Source: a virus
Taxonomy: Duplodnaviria; Caudoviricetes
IMG/VR virus record: IMGVR_UViG_3300025530_000011
Coordinates: 1 to 59,117 of that record
Reading direction: 5' to 3' (one strand)
DNA: 59,117 nt
Under the pieces are notes generated by a model. It was given only the letters and a program-made list of their open reading frames with translations, made no database searches and was not told the DNA's origin. Position 1 is the first letter of the stretch. Each line of letters opens with the position of its first letter. Below are positions 33,455 through 44,596 of this stretch, piece after piece. The position numbers and the translations under genes were made by a program.

Positions 33455-34843
33455 ATGACGACATATACAGCTAAAATCCAAATAGTTAAACCATTAGACA
33501 CTGATTGGAATACACTAGGCAAAATATTAAATGAGTTACAATACGAAACATGGAAATTTTCTAATAAAGCCATGCAAATGTTATGGGAATTTGACGGAAT
33601 AGGATATGAATATTTTAATAAATACAAAAAATATTTAAATCTTAAAGAATATCCATTTATTAAGGATGATGGTAAAAAAATAACTACAATTGATAGCCAC
33701 ATCAACAATCAATTAAAAGAATTGGTGAAACATATGAACTCCGCAGGTGTACAGGCAACAATTAAAAATGTTATTGACAAATGGAAGGCAGATAAAAAAG
33801 ATGTTCAGTATGGTAGGAAATCAGTTGCAAACTATAAGCGTGATTTGCCAATTGAGTTACATAATAAGCAAATGTTTACACATGATAAAAAACCAAATAT
33901 AACCATAGACAGCAGAGGTAAATATATAATTGAAATTAAATTAATATCACAAAAATATGCAATGGAATTAGGAAGAAAAGGTACAGAAACAGGATTCAAA
34001 CTATTATTGGCTGTTAAGGGTAATTATTTAAAATCAATTGTAGACAGAGTAATTAGTGGTGAATATAAATTATCTATGAGTAAAATTGTTCGAGATAAAC
34101 GTAAAAAGAAGTGGTTTCTCAATCTAGCCTATACATTCACTCCTAAAAAGAAACAACTCAATCCTAATCGCATCATGGGAATTGATATGGGTGTGAATAT
34201 TCCAGCTATGTTAGCCATTTCAGATAGTCCATATTACCGTCAAGCAGTTGGGAGTAAAGAGGAAGTGGAATCATTTAGACGACAAATTGAAGCAAGAAGA
34301 AGGAGTATTCAACGACAACGAAAATGGTGTGGAGAAGGAAGTATTGGACATGGTGTTAAAACTAGACTTAAACCACTAGAAAAATTATCCGGTAAAATTG
34401 CAAGATTTAAAGACACAAAGAATCATTGCTGGAGTAGGTACATAATTAATGAAGCAATTAAGAATAATTGTGGAACTATTCAAATGGAAGATTTAACTGG
34501 AATTGCAAAAGATAAAGCATTTCTAAAAAATTGGACATACGATGATTTAAGACAAAAAATCACATATAAGGCAGAAGAAGCAGGTATTAAAGTGGTGATT
34601 ATTGATCCATACAAAACATCAAGTAGATGTCATAAATGTGGTCACATACATAGCAGTAAGAATAAAGATGATTGGCGACCAAAGCAAGAAAAGTTTATTT
34701 GTGAGTCATGTGGATTTAAAACTAATGCTGATTGGAATGCAGCAAAAAATATCGCTACAAAAGGAATTGAGAAAATTATTAAGAAACAGATGGAAAAGCA
34801 AGATCAAGAGTATAAGCATGGTTTGAAATATGTTGTTAATTAA
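33455..34843 (+). CDS. cas12f1: Cas12f1 (type V-F) miniature RNA-guided nuclease, 462 aa
   Basis: RuvC GIDMG, IQMEDL, NADWNAAKNI intact; CHKC/CESC zinc finger; N-terminus IVKPLDTDW and overall sequence closely recall AsCas12f1; adjacent array and tracrRNA. Confidence 0.9.
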   Translation: MTTYTAKIQIVKPLDTDWNTLGKILNELQYETWKFSNKAMQMLWEFDGIGYEYFNKYKKYLNLKEYPFIKDDGKKITTIDSHINNQLKELVKHMNSAGVQATIKNVIDKWKADKKDVQYGRKSVANYKRDLPIELHNKQMFTHDKKPNITIDSRGKYIIEIKLISQKYAMELGRKGTETGFKLLLAVKGNYLKSIVDRVISGEYKLSMSKIVRDKRKKKWFLNLAYTFTPKKKQLNPNRIMGIDMGVNIPAMLAISDSPYYRQAVGSKEEVESFRRQIEARRRSIQRQRKWCGEGSIGHGVKTRLKPLEKLSGKIARFKDTKNHCWSRYIINEAIKNNCGTIQMEDLTGIAKDKAFLKNWTYDDLRQKITYKAEEAGIKVVIIDPYKTSSRCHKCGHIHSSKNKDDWRPKQEKFICESCGFKTNADWNAAKNIATKGIEKIIKKQMEKQDQEYKHGLKYVVN

Positions 34844-34883
34844 AAATAAATTAAAATAATATAAAGAAAGGTGAACCAAAAAA

Positions 34884-35558
34884 ATGGCAAAAGTATTATT
34901 TAACCGCAATCCAATTAAATTTGGTAAATCAATTAAACAACCGTCTATTGATGAAATCAAAAACACTCCTGCTTTATGGAACGCAAGTTTAGACGATGCA
35001 CTTAAATACGGTGGAGAACTTACAAGAGCTGTCATCGGTGCAATGGATTTAAAATTTGATAGAAAATACATAATCGTTGACACAAAAATTCATATGCTTA
35101 TGCCCGGTTTCTATCCAGCAATTCCGGGTTGGCACACTGATGGAGTTCCAAGAGGAAAAGAATTAAAGCCTAATGTTAAAGCTACACCGAACATTTTTGC
35201 ACAAGAAGAAATGTCTGACACAAGGTTTCATTTGTTGGTGACTGGTGCTGGTTGCTTAACTAAATTCCTTACAGATCCTATTGAGTTGTCAGTGCCAGAT
35301 GAACCAGATACTAACTTATATAAAAATATCACAGAGCAAATTCACACAATCAAACCATCTGGAATAGTATCTGCTCCAAGTTGTACTGTTGTTGAGTTTG
35401 ATTGGTGGACTTTACATACAGGAGTTAAATCAGAAAAGCACGAATGGAGATTTTTAATTAGAGTGACAGAAACAGATCATATGGAACCACAGACTGATTT
35501 ACGGAAAATTATCAGAACACAGCAGCAAGTTTATGTACCTGAATCTTTTGGATGGTAA
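34884..35558 (+). CDS. putative 2OG-Fe(II) dioxygenase-fold protein
   Basis: PGWHTDG (HxD), distal His in WTLHTG, Arg in WRFLIR. Confidence 0.65.
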   Translation: MAKVLFNRNPIKFGKSIKQPSIDEIKNTPALWNASLDDALKYGGELTRAVIGAMDLKFDRKYIIVDTKIHMLMPGFYPAIPGWHTDGVPRGKELKPNVKATPNIFAQEEMSDTRFHLLVTGAGCLTKFLTDPIELSVPDEPDTNLYKNITEQIHTIKPSGIVSAPSCTVVEFDWWTLHTGVKSEKHEWRFLIRVTETDHMEPQTDLRKIIRTQQQVYVPESFGW

Positions 35559-36356
35559 ATAAAATTAACTTTTTATCAAAGGAGGAATGAATAATGGAGG
35601 AAGTGCAACTTAAAAAAGTATGTTCTTTACATATCAATGGGTATGAAAATAAAGAAAAAGTTATTGAAGCTTTAACAAATAGTCATTATATTGTTGGCGC
35701 TGAGTTGTTAAAAAATAAAATAATGGGATCACCAATAGGTTGGCGAATAGATGTTTATGAAAACGAAATTAATTAATTTAAATCAGAAAGGAGTTTAATC
35801 AATTGAAAATTCAATACGATATTCTTTTTAAAAACGGAATAAAAGAAAAAATTATTGTTCAAAACGCTTCAGAAGAAGAAATAGAAAATTTTAACCATAA
35901 TGTTAAAGAAGGATTTACGAATAACGCATCAGGTGCTTTAACACTTGGTGATGGAAAAATAGAAGTCTTTTTTGTACGGTTAGACGATGTTTCCAGAATA
36001 TCAATGAAAATCATTAAAGAGAATGATTTAAATGAAGTTTTTGATTTTGGGGGAGGTTTTCAATGAAATATGAAGTAAATTATTGCAGAGATTTTGGTGG
36101 AAAAGTTGGTGATCAATGGCTTTGGAGAACAGTTGAAGCTAAAAATGAAGAAGAAGCAATGAAGATTATTTATGAAGAGTATAAAGCTAAGTACATAGTT
36201 AGTATTGCGCCAATAAAAAATAATTAGTAATCCACCTAAATATGATGAATATTCAAGTAATGGTGTTTATATTTGGGGTACTGAAAATTCTATAAAAAAA
36301 TACTTAGAAACTTATAAATGAAATAAATTAAAACAATATTAATAAGGAGCGGTTTA

Positions 36357-37226
36357 ATGGAAGAGGAAAAATTGACTATACCTTGCGCATATCAAGGTGG
36401 CAAACAACGTATAGCAAAAGATATTGTAGATATTTTTTATAAAGAAAATGATATAAATGAAAACACAAAATTTTATGATTTATGTTGCGGAAGTGGAGCA
36501 ATATCTATTGAATTAGTAAATAGAGGCGTTGATCCTAGTAATATAGTGATGGTAGATAAATCTCCTTGGGGATTATTTTGGCAAAAAATTGGTGATGGAA
36601 CTTTTAGTACGGATGTGTTTAGACTATATATAGATGATATTCCTAAAGATATTACAAAGATTAAATCATATGTGGAAGAAATGTCAAAACAACCTGCTAA
36701 CGATGGATTGTTTGATAATATGGTTTATAAATTCTTGATTCTTCAAGCATGCTCATTTGGTTCAAAAGCTATATGGGTTGAAAATAATAAATGGCAAAAT
36801 ATATCTTTTAGAAATTATTGGTTGCCAACAGAAACATCTAATAGAAAAAGCCCTGTAAATCCAATGATGCCTATGCCCGAAACATTATTTAAAAGAGTTG
36901 AGATTATTTTAGAAAAAATGGAGGGATTATTTGGATATTATGGTGATATAAATGACATAATAACTGTTGATGATAATAGTATAATATACATAGATCCACC
37001 ATATAAAAATACAACAGGTTATGGCTTTAATTTTGATGTATATTATTATATACATAAATTATTATCAAGTATTAAATTACATAAGAAAAAAAGTAAGATT
37101 TATGTTTCAGAAGGATACAAAATGACGGATAATGCACATTTAATTGTTGGTAAAAGGGGTAAAGGTGGTATTTCAGGAACAAGAAAAACATCAAATGAAG
37201 AATGGTTAAATGTTTTTAATAGATAA
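36357..37226 (+). CDS. Dam-like (alpha class) DNA adenine methyltransferase
   Basis: YQGGKQ, YDLCCGSG, YIDPPY. Confidence 0.85.
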   Translation: MEEEKLTIPCAYQGGKQRIAKDIVDIFYKENDINENTKFYDLCCGSGAISIELVNRGVDPSNIVMVDKSPWGLFWQKIGDGTFSTDVFRLYIDDIPKDITKIKSYVEEMSKQPANDGLFDNMVYKFLILQACSFGSKAIWVENNKWQNISFRNYWLPTETSNRKSPVNPMMPMPETLFKRVEIILEKMEGLFGYYGDINDIITVDDNSIIYIDPPYKNTTGYGFNFDVYYYIHKLLSSIKLHKKKSKIYVSEGYKMTDNAHLIVGKRGKGGISGTRKTSNEEWLNVFNR

Positions 37227-37266
37227 AACTCTCATTTTATTTTGTATCAAAAATCAATTATATACA

Positions 37267-38024
37267 TATATGGGGTGTTATTACATATGGGTAAAGAACT
37301 ATTAGGAAGCCTTGAGTTAAACCGGATATATCAGATGGATTGTATCGAAGGGATGCAGTTGTTGCCGGATAAATCGATCGATCTCGTAGTTACCGATCCT
37401 CCCTACTTGATGAACTACCGAAGTAATCGACGAGTCAAGAACGAAAAATTTAACCGTATCGCAAACGACGTCGACTCACATGAATTAATATCAAAGTATT
37501 TGTTGGAATGCTATCGAGTTTTAAAGGATAACACAGCAATATATGTATTCTGTAGTTGGCACCACGTAGACTTCTTCAAAACGGAGTTCGAGCGATGGTT
37601 CAAACTTAAAAATATTATCGTATGGAACAAAAATAACCACGGAAGTGGCGATTTAAAAGGAGCGTATGCGCCAAAGCATGAGTTTATATTATACGGACAT
37701 AAAGGGCGATCATTATTTCGTGAAAAACGCATTCCAGACGTAATAGACTGCGCTAAAATTCCAAGTTTAAAACTTACGCATCCCACCGAAAAACCTACGG
37801 AGTTGCTGGAAATATTCATCCGTAACAATAGTGACGAAGGAGATGTGGTTTTAGACGGATTCGCAGGTACAGGCTCACTTCCGGTTACTGCGGTTCGCAA
37901 TAATCGTAGATTTATAGCTTTCGAGATTGAGTCAGAATATGTCCGAATCGCTAACCAACGCCTAGAAAACGTGAGCGACGAACTGGCTGAACGTAAACTT
38001 ACCGAAGGGAATGAGAATAATTAA
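37267..38024 (+). CDS. beta-class N4-C/N6-A DNA methyltransferase
   Basis: MDCIEG, VTDPPY, HPTEKP, VLDGFAGTG. Confidence 0.9.
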
Positions 38025-38547
38025 AATCGGAATCGATCTTGATTGTGTGTTGAATAATTTGAATCAAAAATGGATTGAGGCCTATAATCAAGCCTATAAT
38101 GACAACTTATCTTTGGAAGACGTAAAATCATGGAATTTAACCGATTATGTTAAACCAGAATGCGGTGTAAAAATTTATGAATTGGTTAATGACGATTTGT
38201 TAAGCAAACTAACTCCATTACCCTATGCAGTTGAAGTAACCAAAGAGTTGACAAAAGAACACGATCTTTACATAATTACAGCAACTGAAATTCCAAACAT
38301 CAAAGCTAAAGCTGAATGGATAAATAAATTTTATCCACACATCGGTGTTGATAAAATGGTGATAATTCGTCATAAACACCTAATTGATGCTGATTTGTTA
38401 ATCGACGATGCCCCACATAACATCTTAAGTTTTCCAAGAAAAACAATTGTAATGGATTACGCATGGAATAGAAATTTGTCTGAGGCATATTTAAGAGCAC
38501 ATGATTGGAAAGAAGTAAGGAAATTAATAAAAGAATTGGAGAGTTAA
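38011..38547 (+). CDS. 5'(3')-deoxyribonucleotidase (HAD, YorS-like)
   Basis: IDLDCVL, IITA, LIDD, AWN motifs. Confidence 0.85.
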   Translation: MRIIKIGIDLDCVLNNLNQKWIEAYNQAYNDNLSLEDVKSWNLTDYVKPECGVKIYELVNDDLLSKLTPLPYAVEVTKELTKEHDLYIITATEIPNIKAKAEWINKFYPHIGVDKMVIIRHKHLIDADLLIDDAPHNILSFPRKTIVMDYAWNRNLSEAYLRAHDWKEVRKLIKELES

Positions 38548-40299
38548 TGATGTCTAAAGAAATTATTAAAGTAGACATATATCAAGATGGTATGGAAGAC
38601 GGATATAATTTTTATGATTATGATGGAAACTATTTGGGTTATATTCCAAAAGATGAACTTAAAAATCACGACATGGCAGGTAGAGAAAGAGTTCCAGTAA
38701 TAGAAACAAAAGAAGGAAAGGTTGAAATCGAAGATGGCTGTTATATTGTCATAACTGCAAAAGGAAAGCGTTATTCTTGTTTAAAAATTACATATGAAGA
38801 TTTTTATGGATAAAAAGTAAGGGGATAAATTAAATGAAAAGATGGTTGAGAAAATCTTTAGCTATTTTAAATTCTTTAGAAGGAGTTATACACCTTATTG
38901 TTGCACTTGTTTCATTATGGGGAATTGCTGCTACGCATACATGGGATTGGAGAGTGTTAGCTGCACCACTTGAAAATGCTGTTTTTGGTGCTTTTAGTTT
39001 ATGGACAGGATATGTTTTAGGGAAAGATCATCATAAAATAAATTAAAATAATATTGACAAAAATATAAAAATATAGTATAATAGGGGTATCCCTAAGTTG
39101 TTTGTTATTTAAATTCAAACGAAAGAAGGGATGAAATATGAATAATCATAATCTTGGAGGATGATATTGTGGGACGGTGTAGAAAATGCAGAATGAAAAG
39201 CAACAAGAAAGATTCTTAAAGGAAATAAATAGAATACATAACGAACTTGATCAATTATTTTTTAAACTAGAAGATAATCGTTTAAAATTGGATAAGTTAC
39301 CTGAAGTGATTAAAGATTTGGTTAAAATACGATTAATTATCAGACATATCGATTCTTATTCTGCTTCTCTTGAGGTGGATTAATTTGGATGGTTATCGCG
39401 AATTTTTGAAATATGGTATTGGGGAAGTTGTTAAGGAAAACTTATTGGTGAAAATTGAGTACATAATTGATTTGGTAGAAAAACTGTCTTTTCAAATTGA
39501 CGATTTGGAAATTTCTGATGATCAATACAAGGAACTAGATCATTTGTTAACCTATATAAATATCGAGATTGATAGGCTGAAAGATGAAATTTAATACTAG
39601 ACAAACCAAAAATAAATTAATATAATATAAGTAAATTTATTTTTGTCGAGGTAAAATTTATTAAAGATCAAACTTAAGGAGGTGGTGCAAACTTTTTCAC
39701 GACTCAATTATAAAATAAATTAAAATAATATTATAAAGAAAGGTTAGTGATAAAATGAAACGTCAAAAAGACAATAAATTTCATGAAGCAAAAGTAAATC
39801 CTTTTAAAAATTATTATACACTTATTGAGATTGATGGTAAAGAATATGTAGAAACATATGAAGCAAAATTTAGATCAGAAGCCAAAGATTATTTTTACGA
39901 AGTCGCAAAACAAAAAGATGGAAAGTTCAATCCTGAAAAAGTGTATGTAATGAACTAAAAATTTAATAAGGGGATATGTGTATGACTTATTATGCTAATA
40001 AATCTTTCGTTGGTCAAATCAGGAGAGCTGAAACAGATGGAATTTTACAAACCCCTTTTGCCGATATTAGTTATGAAAAAGGCGACTATATCTTTGAAGG
40101 TTTGGATGGATATGCAAATGTAATAGACGCCAAATCTTTTGCAGGTAATGATTATATTCCAGTAGAGATTAAGAAAAAGAAAAAATCGTCCGATTTTGTG
40201 AATGACTATATTAAAGCGTTGCAGAATTTCGAAGGTTTAAATCAAGAAGAAAATGAAGATTACATATTAGGTCAAATGAACATGTTAAAAAATAATTAA
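38526..40299 (+). other. cluster of small hypothetical ORFs with two sigma-A promoters (39054-39082, 39598-39626)
   Basis: Short ORFs with RBS; TTGACA-17-TATAAT and TAGACA-17-TATAAT. Confidence 0.65.
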
Positions 40300-40358
40300 A
40301 ATAATATAGCATATAAATAAATTGAATCATTACACAAATAAGAAAGGATGAATAATAT

Positions 40359-41756
40359 TTGACATTAATCACTAAAGATAGACAATCTCATATCCAGAAA
40401 ACCGAATTTGACGTAAATCGTTTTAACAAATTTATCAATGAAATTGTGGCTGATACTGGTGTTGAATTTGATGAGGATAGTATCAATCAATTAAAAAATA
40501 ACATTATCGATTATGTTCTAACCAAGAAGGAACTTGAAGCAAACAAATTGTTTGATTTAATTATTCGGGAAGCAAATGACATGATTACAGCAAATACTCC
40601 TGAATATACTTATCTATCTGCTTCTGCATTGAGAAGAAAATTGTATAAACAAGCATCTAAGAATAGAGGATTTGATTATAAAAAAGGATATGGAGATTAT
40701 TATTCATTAGTTTATCAATTAACTGAACAAGGCTTGTATTCAGAAGATGTGCTTAATGCCTATACTGAAAAAGAGTTAAAACAAGCAGGCAAACTCATTG
40801 ACAAAGAAAAGGATAAATTATTCAGTTATGCCGGATTATATTTAATGCAAAATACTTATTTGGTTAAAGGATATAATCAAGAAATTCTTGAGTTGCCACA
40901 AGAAAGATTTTTAACTACAGCTCTTTATTTAATGAAAGATGAGAAAAAAACAAAACGTATGGAATTAGTTAAAGAAGCATATTGGGTATTGAGTAATCAT
41001 TTAGTTGGATTAGCCACCCCAACGCTCAAAAACAGCGGAACTCCTCATGGTACATTGTCTTCTTGTTATATTGTGACTTTAGATGATGATTTGAAAAGCA
41101 TCATGAATGGATTAAAACAGGTTGCATCCTTCAGCCAAAATGGTGCTGGTTTGGGGCTATATCTCGGTTTCTTACGAGCAAACGGCAGTTGGATTCGAGG
41201 ATTTAAAGGAAGAGCAACTGGAATTACACACCCTTCAAGATTGTTAAGTGTATTGGCGGAATACGTAAACCAATTGGGTCAACGAAAAGCTGGAATCGCG
41301 GTATATTTACCTGTATGGCATTATGACATTTTTGATTTCTTAGATCTAAGACTAAAAACAGGATCGCAAGAAAAAAGAGCGCACTCAATTAAAACTGCTG
41401 TTTGTTTACCGGATGAATTCATGCGAAGATTAAAAGATAAAAAAACTTGGACGATTTTTGATCCTTATGAAGTTAAGAAAAAATTAAATATTGATCTGAA
41501 CAGACTTTACGATAAAAAACAATTAAAAGAAGGCGAAGAACCTAACCCAATAGATCACGCCTTTACATATTATTATCGTTTAGCTGAAAAAACAGCCGAA
41601 ATTGAATTAAAACGAACGGTTAATGCAACTGACATTTATAAATCAATTTTTATAGCCAGAAAGACAGGTGGAACTCCTTATCTATACTTTAGTGATACAG
41701 CAGCAAGATATAATCCAAATGGACATAAAGGTATGCCGTTTGGTTCAAATTTGTGT
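40359..41756 (+). CDS. nrdE: class I ribonucleotide reductase alpha subunit, exon 1
   Basis: ELPQE, ATPTLKNSG, LSSCY, GTPY; ends GSNLC. Confidence 0.88.
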
Positions 41757-42143
41757 TAATTCCTAGCACCTTCTACAAGTAATTGTAGTCGAAAAACTCT
41801 GTTAAACGGTGGAACTCTCAACTTTGAGACAATACCGTAGGAAAGAATCGCTCTAAAGCGTTTATTCTAAAAATAATTTAGAAAGAAGAGCGAGGAAAAC
41901 CTCTAACGACTATCGAAACCACAGTATTAAAACTGGAAGGGAGTAGAGTACAGCCCAAGCGATTGGGGTAGAGGTTGACCGTAATAAGGTCGTAATTCCT
42001 CTTTAAATGGAAAAGCAGAGAATCCTTTATTATAAGGATTAAGATATAGTCTCATCTTACAGGTAACTGTAAGCGGTATGAGAAACTGTCGCGATGATAG
42101 TCAAATACGGTCTATGTGTAGCGAACATAGATGAAGGTAAATG
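41757..42143 (+). ncRNA. group I intron (387 nt, no ORF) in RNR alpha gene
   Basis: P1 GTGTTA/TAGCAC with U-G at the splice site; GACTA and AAGATATAGTC P7 strands; terminal G. Removal gives SNLC-SEI. Confidence 0.9.
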
Positions 42144-43064
42144 TCGGAAATCATTCAAAACATGGATTATGACAAAATTATCAACGAAGAACTTGATGAA
42201 AAAGGATTTGTTGTCACTAAAGTATATGGAGAAGGACTTGTCACATGTAATTTGAGTTCTCTTGTTTTACATAATGTTTTTGGAAATGATGATGTTGATT
42301 TACAACGTGTCGTAGATATTCAATTTAGAATGTTAGACAATGTAATTTCACTCAATCGCACAGTAGTGCCACAAGCTACACATACAAATAATTTGTATCG
42401 TGCAGTTGGTGGAGGAGCATTAGGATTGGTTACATTGATGACATCTAAGGGAATTAAATGGGAAAGTGAAGAAGCAAGTAAATTCACTGAAGAAATCTTT
42501 AAAAAGTATTTGAAAGCTGGCATTGAAGCATCTCACAAATTGGCTATGGAAAAAGGTTCTTATCCTTATTTTAAAGGTTCTGATTGGAACACGGGAGAGT
42601 TTTTCGATAAGAGAAATTTTGTGTCTGATGAATGGTTACCGTATAGAGAAATGGCTAGTAAAGGTATGAGAAATGGTTATATCAATGCCATTGCACCTAC
42701 TTCAAGTAATTCCATTATTATGAATGGATCACCTTCTATTGATCCATTATATGAAGTTGTTTATCGAGAAGAAAAATCAGGTTTAAATGTAATCATTGTT
42801 CCATCTAATTATTCAAATAAGACAAAATGGTATTATAAATCCGGATTCCAAATGGATGAAATGTGGGCTATTAATGTAGTATCTGCTGCACAAAAATATG
42901 TAGATCAAGGTATTTCTCACAATATGCATGTTTTAAAATCAATTAAAGCATCGGAGATGTTAAGATTAGACCTTGGTGCTTGGAAAAAGCAACTTAAAAC
43001 AATTTATTATACATACACAGAGGATTATGAACGAGATGAAAATTGTATTTATTGTGAAGCTTAA
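42144..43064 (+). CDS. nrdE: class I ribonucleotide reductase alpha subunit, exon 2
   Basis: SEI, TCNLSS, AIAPTSS, VDQGIS, KTIYY, C-terminal CIYCEA. Confidence 0.88.
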   Translation, partial: SEIIQNMDYDKIINEELDEKGFVVTKVYGEGLVTCNLSSLVLHNVFGNDDVDLQRVVDIQFRMLDNVISLNRTVVPQATHTNNLYRAVGGGALGLVTLMTSKGIKWESEEASKFTEEIFKKYLKAGIEASHKLAMEKGSYPYFKGSDWNTGEFFDKRNFVSDEWLPYREMASKGMRNGYINAIAPTSSNSIIMNGSPSIDPLYEVVYREEKSGLNVIIVPSNYSNKTKWYYKSGFQMDEMWAINVVSAAQKYVDQGISHNMHVLKSIKASEMLRLDLGAWKKQLKTIYYTYTEDYERDENCIYCEA

Positions 43065-43095
43065 TTAAATATAAACAAAAAGGAGATAGAAATAC

Positions 43096-44205
43096 ATGTC
43101 TAAAATACAACCATTTAGAGTATACAATCCAGAACATCCCAACCTTCCTACCAAAATATTTGGTGGGAAGGCAAGTGGAATTAGAGACTATGACAATATT
43201 AAATATCCAATTCTATTACAATACAACAAAGATTTATTTGGAGAATATTGGATTGAAGATGAAGTTAAATTAGGAAAAGACATCGAAGAATATAAAAACA
43301 AATTAACTGATAGTGAAAGAAAAGTATTCAACTATGTAACTGGATCATTGAATTGGTTAGACTCTATCGCGTCTGATTTTAATGCTGTCTTATTGTTGGC
43401 TACTAGTGATCCTTCTTTGCGTTCAGTAATTGCTTTGATCTTATCTTTTGAAGTATTACATAATCGTTCATATCAATACTTAACTTCAACCATGCTTAAT
43501 GACTTAGAAAAAAAGGAAGCATTTGAAAAAGTTCGTCATCTTCCTTTATTAGTGGAAAGAAATAATTTAATTATCCCTAAAATAGATAAAATGATCAAAG
43601 TATTTGCAGAATACATATTATCTTCATTTTTAGGCAAACCAAAAGAAATTGATGATTCCTTCTTACAAACCGCATTTGAAGGAATAACTGCTTATCAAGC
43701 TCTTGAAGGACTATTTTTTAGTGGAGGATTTGTTTATTTCCACTCACTGGCAAGAGACAATAAAATGTTGGAAAGCAATAGTTTAATCAACATGATTAAA
43801 ACAGATGAAAACCAGCACTCAGAAATCTATGGTTTAATCATTCAAATGCTCATGTCTGAATTTCCACAATTAAACACACAAGAAAATATGGATTATGCTA
43901 TAAATTTTTTCAGACAATGTGTAGAAGCAGAAAAGAAATGGTCTGCATGGTTGTTCAAAGATATTGATACATTGTCTATCAAAGAATACCATGATTATGT
44001 TGAATATCTTGCTAATTTACTTTGTCGCAATGCTGGAATGAATGAACCATACCCAGAAAATAAGGAATTAAAATCGCGTTGGATTGCTACTTATGGAAGT
44101 AAAAAACGCAGTAAAGACAAAGATCAAATTGTTTCCAGAACAGATTTCTTACAAGCGAATTCAATTAATTATACACACGAAGGTGGAGAAGATTTTGACC
44201 TCTAA
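43096..44205 (+). CDS. nrdF: ribonucleotide reductase beta subunit
   Basis: WLDS, EVLHNRSY, LEGLFFSGGF, DENQH. Confidence 0.9.
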   Translation: MSKIQPFRVYNPEHPNLPTKIFGGKASGIRDYDNIKYPILLQYNKDLFGEYWIEDEVKLGKDIEEYKNKLTDSERKVFNYVTGSLNWLDSIASDFNAVLLLATSDPSLRSVIALILSFEVLHNRSYQYLTSTMLNDLEKKEAFEKVRHLPLLVERNNLIIPKIDKMIKVFAEYILSSFLGKPKEIDDSFLQTAFEGITAYQALEGLFFSGGFVYFHSLARDNKMLESNSLINMIKTDENQHSEIYGLIIQMLMSEFPQLNTQENMDYAINFFRQCVEAEKKWSAWLFKDIDTLSIKEYHDYVEYLANLLCRNAGMNEPYPENKELKSRWIATYGSKKRSKDKDQIVSRTDFLQANSINYTHEGGEDFDL

Positions 44206-44596
44206 AGCATTAATTTATTATTCGCTAAAGGGGAACACAAAAGGAATCTTTGATAACTTAGATTTGTCTGAATGGGATGTTTATGATTTAAGAAAGACAA
44301 CTAATATTAAATTAAATAAATATGACACTATTTTGATTGGTACATCTACATATGGGAGAGGTGCGCCTCCCCTTCCGTTCTTTCAATTAAAAGAGCAACT
44401 GATTGAATTAACTAACAAACAGATAGGATTGTTTGGCTCAGGAAGAACGGAATATGAATACTTCTGTGGGGCATTAGATGTCTTAGAAGAAGTTTTAAGA
44501 CCTAAGAATAAAATATTGTTTAAATTTAAATTTGAGGGTTATCCAAAATACATAGAAAAATGTCAATTTAAAAAAATAATAGAAGAATTAGGGTGA
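44195..44596 (+). CDS. flavodoxin (RNR-associated)
   Basis: YYSLKGNT, GTSTYGRG, FGSG..FCGA; TTG start with GGTGGA RBS. Confidence 0.8.
   Translation: MTSKALIYYSLKGNTKGIFDNLDLSEWDVYDLRKTTNIKLNKYDTILIGTSTYGRGAPPLPFFQLKEQLIELTNKQIGLFGSGRTEYEYFCGALDVLEEVLRPKNKILFKFKFEGYPKYIEKCQFKKIIEELG

Noticed and set aside
33455-34843. IS200/IS605 TnpB transposon interpretation of the RuvC protein
   Set aside because: No tnpA or IS ends seen. The upstream repeat-spacer array with anti-repeat and the AsCas12f1-like N-terminus indicate Cas12f1.
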